From NCBI GenBank assembly GCA_041666915.1, contig JBAYFZ010000002.1, positions 14,771-78,770 on the forward strand: a stretch of 64,000 bases of DNA. Direction: 5' to 3'. Source of the stretch: Minisyncoccota bacterium (GTDB lineage: Bacteria > Patescibacteriota > Minisyncoccia > Phycocordibacterales > PALSA-1337). Shown piece after piece: positions 55,065-64,000 of this stretch. A program made the position numbers and the translations under genes. The stretch's first letter is position 1. Each line of letters begins with the position of its first letter. The notes beneath the pieces were generated by a model, which saw only the letters and a list, made by a program, of their open reading frames with translations, made no database searches and was not told where the DNA came from.

Positions 55065-56588
55065 ATGAGCTTAGCAAAAACATACAGCGCACAACTAATA
55101 GGACTCATGTCAGAAGTTGTGACAATAGAAGTAGACATTTCAAACGGTCTTCATTCATTTTCCGTAGTTGGACTCGGCGATAGGTCCGTAGAAGAATCAA
55201 AAGATCGTATATCTGCAGCTATAAAAAATAGCAACTTCAAATCTCCAAAGCAGAAAAACCAGAAAGTAGTCATATCACTAGCTCCAGCAGATATACACAA
55301 AGAAGGGCCTTCTTTTGATCTCGGCATGGCGATAGCTTATCTATCTGCATCAAAAGAGATAGATTTTTCTCCAGAAAATAAACTATTTTTAGGAGAATTA
55401 TCACTTGAAGGAAACTTGAGAAAAATCAGTGGTATATTACCGATTCTTTGCCAAGCAAAAGCCCAAGGTTTCACCGAAGCTTTCATTCCAAAAGACAATT
55501 CCGAAGAATCATCCTTGGCCCAAGGCATAACCACATATCCCGCCTCCACCTTAAATCAAATCATTGAACATCTTACTGGTATAAAAAATATAAAACCGAA
55601 TGAAACCATTTATTCAAATCCAGAAACATCTTCATCTTTTGGAACAAATATGAACAATGTTCGCGGTAACGAAACAGCCAAACGTGGTTTAGAAATAGCT
55701 GCAGCCGGTGCACACAATATCATCATGTGCGGTCCTCCAGGGACTGGCAAAACCATGCTTGCTCAATGTTTCACTTCAATATTACCGGATCTTTCGTACG
55801 AACAAGCAATAGAAGTCACTGGCATACACTCTACCGCTAGGACACTAGAACGAGGTTTGATATTCCGTCCACCATTTAGGTCGCCCCATCATACAGCCTC
55901 ATACCCATCTATTGTTGGTGGGGGAGGATTTCCAAAACCCGGCGAAATAACCTTAGCCCACAGAGGTGTATTATTTTTAGATGAATTTCCAGAATTTGAC
56001 CGCAGTGTCATAGAAGCTTTACGTCAACCATTGGAAGATAGGATGATAACCATTTCTAGAGCCAGAGGAGTAGTCACTTTCCCAGCACAATGTATCCTCA
56101 TTGCATCTATGAATCCTTGTCCTTGTGGAAAAGGTAGGCGCAATGGTTGTACCTGTACCCTAAAAGCCCTTGAAGCTTACAATAGAAAAATGTCCGGACC
56201 TATCATAGACCGACTAGATATATGGCTAAACGTTAGTAAAGTAGATTACAAACAACTTGGTGCCAAAGATTCGTCAGGAGAAAGTTCAGAAACTATAAAA
56301 GACCGAGTTATTGGAGCAAGAAAAATTCAAGAACAAAGATTTGCGTCCCACGGAATTCAAAAAGTCTTCAATGCCGAGATGAATGCTTTGGATATAGAAA
56401 AAATTGTTATTCTAGACGATGACGCTCGTATATTACTTACTTCATCAGCAGAAAAATTGGAACTTTCTGGTAGGGCTTTTCATAGGGTTATAAAGGTGGC
56501 ACAGACCATTGCTGATTTAGAAAAGAGCAGTTCAGTTAAAAAGCATCATATTTTGGAGGCACTGCAGTATAGGCAGAAAGTGGGGTGA
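55065..56588 (+). CDS. comM: Mg-chelatase-like AAA+ protein ComM/YifB
   Basis: 507 aa; N-terminal Lon-protease-like S5 fold, Walker A GPPGTGKTMLA, C-terminal ChlI-like. Confidence 0.9.
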   Translation: MSLAKTYSAQLIGLMSEVVTIEVDISNGLHSFSVVGLGDRSVEESKDRISAAIKNSNFKSPKQKNQKVVISLAPADIHKEGPSFDLGMAIAYLSASKEIDFSPENKLFLGELSLEGNLRKISGILPILCQAKAQGFTEAFIPKDNSEESSLAQGITTYPASTLNQIIEHLTGIKNIKPNETIYSNPETSSSFGTNMNNVRGNETAKRGLEIAAAGAHNIIMCGPPGTGKTMLAQCFTSILPDLSYEQAIEVTGIHSTARTLERGLIFRPPFRSPHHTASYPSIVGGGGFPKPGEITLAHRGVLFLDEFPEFDRSVIEALRQPLEDRMITISRARGVVTFPAQCILIASMNPCPCGKGRRNGCTCTLKALEAYNRKMSGPIIDRLDIWLNVSKVDYKQLGAKDSSGESSETIKDRVIGARKIQEQRFASHGIQKVFNAEMNALDIEKIVILDDDARILLTSSAEKLELSGRAFHRVIKVAQTIADLEKSSSVKKHHILEALQYRQKVG

Positions 56589-56766
56589 TTCCTGACAAGA
56601 CAGAATTGTCTTTTACAAACCCTGCGTATCCCGAGGAACTCCTCGCTCCTGCATTTCTCCTTACAATTTTTTTCGTGGCGCTTAATTATCTCTGGAAATG
56701 CTAGTTGCTCGTCGCTCGGGAGAAATACTCGGGTTTGAAAAAGACAATTCTGTCTTGTCAGGAATC
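56587..56766. mobile_element. MITE-like element with perfect 28-nt terminal inverted repeats (gattcctgacaagacagaattgtctttt), filling the comM / M23-peptidase intergenic space
   Basis: Left end overlaps the comM stop. The ends loosely resemble those of the 34.5-kb and 58.1-kb elements (gaaaacctgcg, caaaaagaatgtt). Confidence 0.5.
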
Positions 56767-56787
56767 ACTAACAATGATTAGAAATTT

Positions 56788-57891
56788 TTAATTACATCTT
56801 CCGTCAACAAAAGGGTTCTTGGCACCACGGATTTCAAAGTGTAGATGAGGTCCAGTAGAAAAACCTGTATTACCACTATAACCAATGATTTGACCCTTTG
56901 AGACTTGCTCACCAGGACCAATAGGACTTCTAAGCATGTGGGAATACAAAGTCTGAGTTCCATTAGAATGAGAAATGACTATATAGTTTCCATAACCACC
57001 GTTCCAAGCACCATTTGATTTACTGATTATGACCGTACCAGCAGCAGAAGCACGCAAAGGTGTCCCTATAGGCGTAGCCATATCTACAGCATTACGTCCA
57101 TGCAACTCCTGACTCAATCTTCCACCAATAAGTGGGCAACTATAATATCCAGGATATGAAGGTAAGTTACTGACATTTCCTATGACTGGCTCATAAATAA
57201 GTTTTTGATTGATTGTTTTTGAAACAGTTGCAGACAATCCCATTTCAGCATCAGGAATAATTAAATTTTGACCAATAACAAGCTTGGATGACGCATCTAG
57301 ATCATTGTAACTATATATTTCACCAGCATCTGCATGATATTTATTTGCAATACCCAAGACAGTATCGTTCCTTTGAACCGTATACTTGATACCAGTAACA
57401 GGGAGGATTATGAGTATTTGACCAACTTTAAGAACAGATTTGCTTGTTAGATTATTTGCCCAAAGTATTGTATTGACCGAAACATTAAACATTTTTGCTA
57501 TTCCAGAATATGTATCGCCAGATCTAACATTATAAATACTTATTTTTGTAGAAGTATCCGTTGAAACACCATTTGTACTGGCTATATCCGCAACCAGAGT
57601 CTCTCCACCGACAACTGGTACCGTATCAAAAGATTTGTCTGGATTTGGATCAAAATTAACAGCAACAATAGGTAATGGCATGTTCTGTGAATTTACCGAT
57701 ACGTTTTTGGAGATTTTTGCAGAAGCTTCTTCACTTCCAAACATTGAACCTATAAAAGAAACGAGACCTGCATGGGCGGTCTCTGAGAAAGTAATGGTTA
57801 TAATAAATATAGAAACACAAATAGCAATCCAGTTTGCTAGACGCTTAAAAGTAAGGTTATATTTAGTTTGTTTGTGAGTATTTAATTTCAT
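56788..57891 (-). CDS. M23-family peptidoglycan metallo-endopeptidase with two LysM repeats and signal peptide
   Basis: C-terminal AVDMATPIGTPL...GYSGNTGFSTGPHLHFEIR (M23); LysM motifs YNVRSGDTYSGIAKMF and YTVQRNDTVLGIANKY. Confidence 0.85.
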   Translation of the reverse strand: MKLNTHKQTKYNLTFKRLANWIAICVSIFIITITFSETAHAGLVSFIGSMFGSEEASAKISKNVSVNSQNMPLPIVAVNFDPNPDKSFDTVPVVGGETLVADIASTNGVSTDTSTKISIYNVRSGDTYSGIAKMFNVSVNTILWANNLTSKSVLKVGQILIILPVTGIKYTVQRNDTVLGIANKYHADAGEIYSYNDLDASSKLVIGQNLIIPDAEMGLSATVSKTINQKLIYEPVIGNVSNLPSYPGYYSCPLIGGRLSQELHGRNAVDMATPIGTPLRASAAGTVIISKSNGAWNGGYGNYIVISHSNGTQTLYSHMLRSPIGPGEQVSKGQIIGYSGNTGFSTGPHLHFEIRGAKNPFVDGRCN

Positions 57892-58100
57892 AACATATAG
57901 TTCGCGCTGGCAATAGTCCGTAAAGGTCTTTCTTTCGTTCGGTGTTGGTAACTTATATATTTATATGGCTCTACTTAGCCATAATTATTAAATCAAATTT
58001 CAAGTGACCTATCTAGACTAGCAAGAAGGAATTTATTGTCAATGATAGCTATACACAGTCATTTTAATTGATTAGGTGTCAAATAATGTGGTCGGAATCA

Positions 58101-58350
58101 GGTCAGAAAATAACAAAACATTCTTTTTGAAAACCTGCGAGACTCGCTCCGTTTACTTTCTAAGTAAAATGCTCAGGAATTACGGAGGACTAATCGTCCT
58201 CTCGTAATTCCAAGGACATTCGCATTTTACTAAGAAACTAAAACTGCGCTCAGACAAGTTCTCGGTTTTCAAAAAGAATGTTTTGTTATTTTCTGACCCG
58301 ACTCCTCTCTAAAAGAGTGGTTTTCGCAGGTTTTCAAAAAGAATGTTCTG
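58101..58350. mobile_element. MITE-like palindromic element, copy 2 (58101..58308), plus an adjacent partial inverted end fragment (58321..58350)
   Basis: Core near-identical to 34524..34723. Outer inverted repeats here are ggtcagaaaataacaaaacattc / gaatgttttgttattttctgacc. Confidence 0.6.
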
Positions 58351-58386
58351 CCAGTTTTCAATCATCTCTGTGTTAAACTAACCTCC

Positions 58387-60321
58387 ATGTCATCATTAAA
58401 CGAAGCACAACAGAGAGCGGTGGATACAACCGATGGTCCTGTCCTTATTATCGCTGGAGCAGGTACAGGTAAAACCAAGGCTATAACCCACAGGATTTTA
58501 AACTTAATCAAAAAAGGTACTGCTCCACATTCTATACTTGCAATAACTTTCACCAATAAAGCGGCGACGGAAATGCGAGAAAGGGTGGGTATGCTTTTGA
58601 AAGAAGATTCCGGTCTAAACATCCCCGTTTCTATGAATGAACGCCCTTTTATTAGTACTTTTCACGCTCTTGGAGTACACATCATTCGAGAAAATGCTTC
58701 ATTACTGGGTTTGACTAGGCATTTCACAATATTTGATCGTAGCGATTCAAAGAGAGCTATCAAAGAATCCATGGAGCAAGTCTCCATTGATCCAAAGAAA
58801 TTTGACCCGGGAACAATATTGAACCTCATCTCCAGAGCCAAAGGAGAGGGGATAGGATATTTGGAATACTTGGATCATTCAAAAGATTTCATGGAAGAAA
58901 CTGTCGCTAGTATCTGGGAGAAATATGACGCTATTTTGGCCAAAGAAAAAGCTTTGGATTTTGATGACCTCCTCTTGAAGACTTCTTACTTGTTAGGAAA
59001 ATACGAGGCTGTACGCAAACACTATAGTTCTATCTGGAAATACATCCACGTTGACGAATATCAGGATACAAACCGTGTTCAATACAAAATAGTTAGACAT
59101 CTAGCTGAAGAACATCATAATCTTTGTGTCGTTGGTGATGCTGACCAAAATATTTACAGTTGGCGCGGTGCAACTATTGAAAATATTCTTAATTTTGAAA
59201 AAGATTATCCAGAATCTACAGTTATTACACTAGAAAAAAATTATCGTTCAACAAAAACTATTCTTTTGGCAGCAAATAACGTCATTGAAAAAAATCGTTT
59301 ACGTAAAAAGAAAACTCTATACACAGACAATGATTCTGGTGAGAAAATTTCTCTTTCAGTTTCATATACAGAAAATGATGAGGCTAGAAATATTGCCGAC
59401 ACAACAAGGTCACTCATAGAAGCCGGCACTCAGGCTCGTGATATTGCTGTACTTTATAGAACAAATTTCCAATCACGAGTATTGGAAGAATCATTTATAA
59501 AGAAAAATCTTCCTTACCAACTTATCGGCGTGCGATTTTTTGAGAGAAAAGAAATAAAAGATGTTCTTTCTTACATCAAAGCTTCTTTGAATAGAAGCAG
59601 TTGGAGCGATATAGGTAGGATCATCAACGTTCCTGTACGAGGCATAGGTAAAGCCACCGTAGCCAAAATCATGTCTGAAAGAGAAGATCTTTTGCCACCA
59701 GCCATGAAAATTAAAATTGCTAATTTTTGGAAACTCCTAGAAGATATCAAGCGCGAAATTATAGAAAAGAAACCTTCTGAATCAGTGAAATTTGTAATAC
59801 AAGAAACTGGTATAGAACGTTCACTTCGTGAAGGTGATGCCGAAGATGAAGAAAGACTTTTGAACATTAGAGAATTGGTAACAGTAGCTTCTAGCTACGA
59901 CCATTTACCTCCAGAGGAAGGAATAGAAGCGTTTCTAGCTAACGTTGCTCTAGCTACAGATCAGGATGAACTACAAAAAGATAACGATGCAGTAAAACTC
60001 ATGACGGTTCATGCTTCAAAAGGTTTGGAATTCAAATATGTTTTCATTGCAGGAATGGAACAAGAACTATTTCCTTTCAAACACCTAAAGGAAGAAAATA
60101 TTGACGAAGCCGAAGAGGAAGAAGAGAGGAGACTCTTTTATGTAGCTCTGACTAGAGCAAAAATGAAAGTGTATTTGAGTTATGCTATTATCCGAAGCAT
60201 ATATGGAGCTCAAAAAGTGAATACTCCATCAGAATTCATAGATGATATAGAAAAAAGTTTGATAGAAGAACAAACGGCAGAAAAACCAAGTGGTGCAAAA
60301 GCTTTATTTATTGATTTCTAA
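58387..60321 (+). CDS. UvrD/PcrA-family ATP-dependent DNA helicase
   Basis: 644 aa; LNEAQQRAV, AGAGTGKTKAITHRI (Walker A), DEYQDTN, VGDADQNIYSWRGA, and C-terminal motifs V and VI. Confidence 0.9.
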   Translation: MSSLNEAQQRAVDTTDGPVLIIAGAGTGKTKAITHRILNLIKKGTAPHSILAITFTNKAATEMRERVGMLLKEDSGLNIPVSMNERPFISTFHALGVHIIRENASLLGLTRHFTIFDRSDSKRAIKESMEQVSIDPKKFDPGTILNLISRAKGEGIGYLEYLDHSKDFMEETVASIWEKYDAILAKEKALDFDDLLLKTSYLLGKYEAVRKHYSSIWKYIHVDEYQDTNRVQYKIVRHLAEEHHNLCVVGDADQNIYSWRGATIENILNFEKDYPESTVITLEKNYRSTKTILLAANNVIEKNRLRKKKTLYTDNDSGEKISLSVSYTENDEARNIADTTRSLIEAGTQARDIAVLYRTNFQSRVLEESFIKKNLPYQLIGVRFFERKEIKDVLSYIKASLNRSSWSDIGRIINVPVRGIGKATVAKIMSEREDLLPPAMKIKIANFWKLLEDIKREIIEKKPSESVKFVIQETGIERSLREGDAEDEERLLNIRELVTVASSYDHLPPEEGIEAFLANVALATDQDELQKDNDAVKLMTVHASKGLEFKYVFIAGMEQELFPFKHLKEENIDEAEEEEERRLFYVALTRAKMKVYLSYAIIRSIYGAQKVNTPSEFIDDIEKSLIEEQTAEKPSGAKALFIDF

Positions 60322-60323
60322 TT

Positions 60324-61124
60324 ATGTTTTTATTTGCAAAAAAATCATTAGGGCAACATTTTCTCAATTCCAAACATGTTTTGGAACAGATTATTGAATC
60401 TGCCAACATAAAAAAGGGGGAATTGGTATTAGAAATAGGTCCAGGCACAGGTATTTTGACGGAAGCACTTTTGAATACAGGAGCAAAAGTCATAACGGTT
60501 GAAAAAGATGATAGAGCAATAGAATTGCTAAGATCCAAATTCCAAACATCAATAACCAAACAACAACTAACATTAATTCATGGTGACGTGCTAGAAGATT
60601 CCTCAAACTGCATACCAAATGAGCCATATCTGATAGTTGCCAACATTCCTTACTACATCACTGGTGCAATCTTAGAAAAATTCCTAGAAAATGATCGTAA
60701 ACCAAATAGAATGATTCTCTTGGTACAAAAAGAAGTTGCCGACAGGATTACAACCAAAGATGATAAAGAAAGTATATTATCTATATCAGTCAAAGCCTTT
60801 GGTACACCAAAAATAGTCGCAAAAGTGCCTCGTGGAGCCTTCACACCACCACCAAATGTTGATTCAGCAATTCTCGCAATAGAAAATATTTCCGATAAAC
60901 TATTCAAAGAAAATAACGTCCAAATATCTAGCTTTTTTGCAGTTGTGAAGGCTGGATTTGCCCATAAACGCAAATATACTATAAGCAATTTGGGAGAAAT
61001 CATGGACAAAAATAAGCTTGCAGAGATTTGGAACACCTTAAAGATTGACCCGAAAATTAGATCCGAGAAAATGACACTAGAAAATTGGATCAATATCTCC
61101 AAACACCTCAACAGGCCTAACTAG
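60324..61124 (+). CDS. rsmA: 16S rRNA (adenine1518/1519-N6)-dimethyltransferase
   Basis: 266 aa; KKSLGQHFL, LEIGPGTGILTE, ANIPYYIT. Confidence 0.93.
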   Translation: MFLFAKKSLGQHFLNSKHVLEQIIESANIKKGELVLEIGPGTGILTEALLNTGAKVITVEKDDRAIELLRSKFQTSITKQQLTLIHGDVLEDSSNCIPNEPYLIVANIPYYITGAILEKFLENDRKPNRMILLVQKEVADRITTKDDKESILSISVKAFGTPKIVAKVPRGAFTPPPNVDSAILAIENISDKLFKENNVQISSFFAVVKAGFAHKRKYTISNLGEIMDKNKLAEIWNTLKIDPKIRSEKMTLENWINISKHLNRPN

Positions 61125-62164
61125 TTTGGTGATGAGCCAACGGTTGGAGTTATATGGCCTTCTGAAGGTAAACTTCCGCAAGTCTCTCCAGTATTTACCA
61201 AACATTGACCAGTAAGTTTTGTATAATCTCCCAAAAGCCAACTTGTTTTAGGAATATTATAAGAAAGATGAGCTTGCGAACCTACCGTATATGTTAAAAG
61301 AGTTACCATTGTAGGAGGCAAAGGTCCAATAGTGAGAAGCCAACTAGCACTACAATCACAATAAAATGAATAAATGAGTGGTCCGCCAAATGGTGTACCG
61401 ACACCAGCAAAGGCTTCTTTAGGAACAAAAGAATCTTTTAGAAGCTCAAAAACCTCGTTAAAGGCGGTTTTTATAGGAAATTGCCCGTCTATTTCGTTAT
61501 TTTTAGAGATATTTTTGTCATTTTCTACCAATTTCATAAATTCTTTCTTTAGATCTGTTGATGTAGCAACATCTTTTAAAATTTTATCTTTAAGAAAAGC
61601 AATTCTTTCATTGGATAAGCCTTGTTTTTTTGAAACCTTCTCAAAAGAATCAATAAAGGTACTGAGATTGTTAAGATTTGGATTTGCTGGAACTTTCGGA
61701 ACTGTTACGGTAGTAGAAATAGGTACAATTGTGGGATTTGTAGGAATATTTATATTTGTAGCTGTAGAATTGGTAGGTATAACTGTAGTAGAAACTGTTG
61801 CCGAGCCCTGAAATAGCAAAGAAAGTACCTTGAGAGTACTTGGACCAACGATACCTGTGCCAAAAGACAGGCCATTTGGTGTCAAAATCTCATTTTTATA
61901 CTTTTCTTGAAGGCGAATGACTGCATTACGTGTTAAAGCACCGAAATATGTTGATTCTTGACCGGAAGACCCGATACCAACACTAGATATTCTCGTAGTA
62001 GAGTCTTGATTGAGTATTTTTTGTAAAACTTTCACATCTTCTCCAGACATTCCAACTTTTAACGTTCTTGAAATAGGGAATTGCACGGCTTGTGCAAGAT
62101 TTCCTGAAGACAATAAAAATATTGACGTGACTATTATAAAAAATGTGTAATTCTTTTTAATCAT
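61121..62164 (-). CDS. secreted protein with N-terminal peptidoglycan-binding (PG_binding_1-like) domain and Cys-rich C-terminal domain
   Basis: GMSGEDVKVLQKILN...YFGALTRNAVIRLQEKY is the PGBD motif. The C-terminus has several Cys. Convergent 4-nt overlap with rsmA. Confidence 0.55.
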   Translation of the reverse strand: MIKKNYTFFIIVTSIFLLSSGNLAQAVQFPISRTLKVGMSGEDVKVLQKILNQDSTTRISSVGIGSSGQESTYFGALTRNAVIRLQEKYKNEILTPNGLSFGTGIVGPSTLKVLSLLFQGSATVSTTVIPTNSTATNINIPTNPTIVPISTTVTVPKVPANPNLNNLSTFIDSFEKVSKKQGLSNERIAFLKDKILKDVATSTDLKKEFMKLVENDKNISKNNEIDGQFPIKTAFNEVFELLKDSFVPKEAFAGVGTPFGGPLIYSFYCDCSASWLLTIGPLPPTMVTLLTYTVGSQAHLSYNIPKTSWLLGDYTKLTGQCLVNTGETCGSLPSEGHITPTVGSSPN

Positions 62165-62308
62165 TAAGAATAATTATACCACTTAACTTAAAAAAGTATC
62201 ATTTTTATAACACCTGATTGTTGTCCGACAAATTACCTTCATAAAATCAACACTATCCCCACATTTTCATGATAAAAACCTGTCTTTTAAGCTATAATTG
62301 TGATTAGT

Positions 62309-63205
62309 ATGGCTAAATACTACCCACATAAACAGACGGTGCTTATTGCCATTATATGTACATTAATCGTAATCTGTACATTGGTATATATTCGCCCTCA
62401 AATTTTGATTAAAAATAATAGTCTTTCAAATGTAGAGATAAAAGCCGTCAATGAAGAGCAAAAAAATACAATATCCGATGTATCCAACACCGATTGGAGA
62501 AAAGCTTTTCTGACAACATCCAGCACAACTTCTGTATCTACAAAAACTTCAAACGGTTCCACAAAAAATACTACTGAAGAAAAATTAACTCTGACCGATC
62601 AACTCAGCAGGGATTTTTTCACCCGTTACGTAGAATTGAAGAAAAACAATCTATCAGAAGATAATGAATCCGTACAAAAGATTGTTGACCAAACTTTGAA
62701 CACCACTATAAATTCTGCTTCGCAACCAAAAATATACAACCTCTCTCATCTGACAATAATAGAAGACACTAGTTCCAATACTACCCATAGTTACGGAAAT
62801 AATATAGGAACGGTCTTTTCAAAAGACGGTCCTCGAGCAGATCCTGTCATGATAGTAAGTGACGCTTTAGAAAAAGGGGATATGAATTTACTAAAAAACA
62901 TAAAACCTATAATAACTTCTTACGATAAGATGATAAGAGCTGTCATAGCTACTCCAGTACCACGACCACTCGCAAATTACCATCTCAATCTCGTTAACTC
63001 TTTGAGCTCCATGCTTTTTGTTACACAAGGCCTAGAAAAAGTTTCTACCGATCCAGTACAGAGTATGCTGGCTATCAAACTTTATACCCCTACACAAGAG
63101 GCTATAAGGTTAGCACTCCTCAGTATGAATAGTTATTTCAATACAAATCGTGTCTATTTTACTAACAATGAACCAGGAATATTATTCGTAACTGTTCCAC
63201 AATAA
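62309..63205 (+). CDS. hypothetical membrane-anchored protein
   Basis: About 298 aa; N-terminal TM (LIAIICTLIVICTLVYI). A tataat -10 lies just upstream at 62293..62298. Confidence 0.45.
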   Translation: MAKYYPHKQTVLIAIICTLIVICTLVYIRPQILIKNNSLSNVEIKAVNEEQKNTISDVSNTDWRKAFLTTSSTTSVSTKTSNGSTKNTTEEKLTLTDQLSRDFFTRYVELKKNNLSEDNESVQKIVDQTLNTTINSASQPKIYNLSHLTIIEDTSSNTTHSYGNNIGTVFSKDGPRADPVMIVSDALEKGDMNLLKNIKPIITSYDKMIRAVIATPVPRPLANYHLNLVNSLSSMLFVTQGLEKVSTDPVQSMLAIKLYTPTQEAIRLALLSMNSYFNTNRVYFTNNEPGILFVTVPQ

Positions 63206-63212
63206 CAATTGT

Positions 63213-64000
63213 ATGTTTACAAAAAACAAAATAAAAAAGTTCGTTTCAGGAGTTTGTGTAATAGCAATTGTCTTCGTGTCATCCGTATATCCTTTGATAC
63301 AAACTGCACAAGCACAAGCACCAGCACCATCGCTAGGTGTTCCTATATCAACTGGTCAAGATTTTCAGAGTGTCATGAACTATCAAAAGAATTTCACTCT
63401 AGACAAGATCGCTACAATGATAGCAAAGCAAATACTTCACCAGATGACAGCTAGTGTAGTGAACTGGATAAACTCTGGTTTCAAAGGTAGTCCTGCATTT
63501 CTCACCAATCCAGAAGCTTTCTTTCTTGACGTTGGAGACCAGATAACTGGAGCATTCCTAGCCGGTAATGGACCTCTTTCATCTCTTTGTTCTCCATTTG
63601 TCATAGACCTTTCATTATCTCTAGCCCTAGGTCAGACCTCTATGGCGGACCAGAGATATACTTGTACATTGGGCAGGATTATTGAGGCACAGAAAAATGG
63701 ACCCGAGATCATCGTCAACGGAAGGTCAGTTCGTTCATCTTCTGGTTCAATGAACGGCTTCTTGGGTGGAGATTTCAATCAAGGTGGTTGGCCAGCATTC
63801 ATAGCACTCACAACAGAACAACAAAACAATCCTTACGGAGCAACCTTAGCTGCACAAAGTGATTTACGTTCAAGGATAAGTGCAAGACAAAATGTTATCA
63901 AAGCCGATATACAACTGGGAAGTGGTTTCATGTCATGGCAAAGTTGCAAAGATATCCCAGGGGCTTCAAATGTTGATCCCGAAGATCAGGTATCTGAAGT
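63213..64000 (+). CDS. hypothetical secreted/membrane protein, 3' end beyond the window
   Basis: Open frame from ATG 63213 to the window end: MFTKNKIKKFVSGVCVIAIVFVSS... It is not in the supplied ORF track because it has no stop in the window; the listed 63209..63454 ORF is a different frame. Confidence 0.5.
   Translation, partial: MFTKNKIKKFVSGVCVIAIVFVSSVYPLIQTAQAQAPAPSLGVPISTGQDFQSVMNYQKNFTLDKIATMIAKQILHQMTASVVNWINSGFKGSPAFLTNPEAFFLDVGDQITGAFLAGNGPLSSLCSPFVIDLSLSLALGQTSMADQRYTCTLGRIIEAQKNGPEIIVNGRSVRSSSGSMNGFLGGDFNQGGWPAFIALTTEQQNNPYGATLAAQSDLRSRISARQNVIKADIQLGSGFMSWQSCKDIPGASNVDPEDQVSE

Noticed and set aside
63209-63454. 81-aa plus-strand ORF from the track
   Set aside because: A different frame (starting ATG 63213) stays open to the window end and encodes a signal-peptide protein. 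The listed ORF is Cys/Ser-rich low-complexity and overlaps it.

Overview
This 64-kb window is low-GC (about 35–40% by eye) and compact. Its gene content resembles a Candidate Phyla Radiation / Patescibacteria-like bacterium, but that identification is tentative. About 60 protein-coding genes are supportable.

Housekeeping content:
- The str operon (rpsL-rpsG-fusA-tuf) is interrupted by two RelE/ParE-like toxin–antitoxin pairs and a cell-wall amidase.
- The rpsO – NYN-nuclease – pnp cluster is present.
- pgk-tpiA, nusA, tig, clpP, rny, hup, cca, xth, xerC/D-like recombinase, uvrD/pcrA, rsmA and a membrane H+-pyrophosphatase are present.

Accessory content:
- A five-gene type IV pilus block (pilB, pilC, three prepilin-like genes).
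- Competence genes comM and a comEC split into two genes by a superoxide dismutase. These three genes share a near-identical ~50-nt upstream box.
- A complete diversity-generating retroelement (reverse transcriptase with the DGR-type LGNLTSQ motif, an Avd-like gene on the opposite strand, and template and variable repeats differing almost only at template adenines). It sits next to a cluster of four tRNAs (Gly-UCC, Pro-UGG, Gly-GCC, Arg-UCG).
- An AbiEii-family nucleotidyltransferase, a DUF3800 protein and a YraN-like nuclease.
- A GC-rich, probably horizontally acquired two-gene cassette (unknown protein plus macro-domain-like protein) bracketed by identical terminators.
- Several previously uncharacterised repeat families (listed in features and findings).

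No rRNA genes or CRISPR arrays are seen.

All calls are from reading the sequence. No database searches or structure predictions were run.
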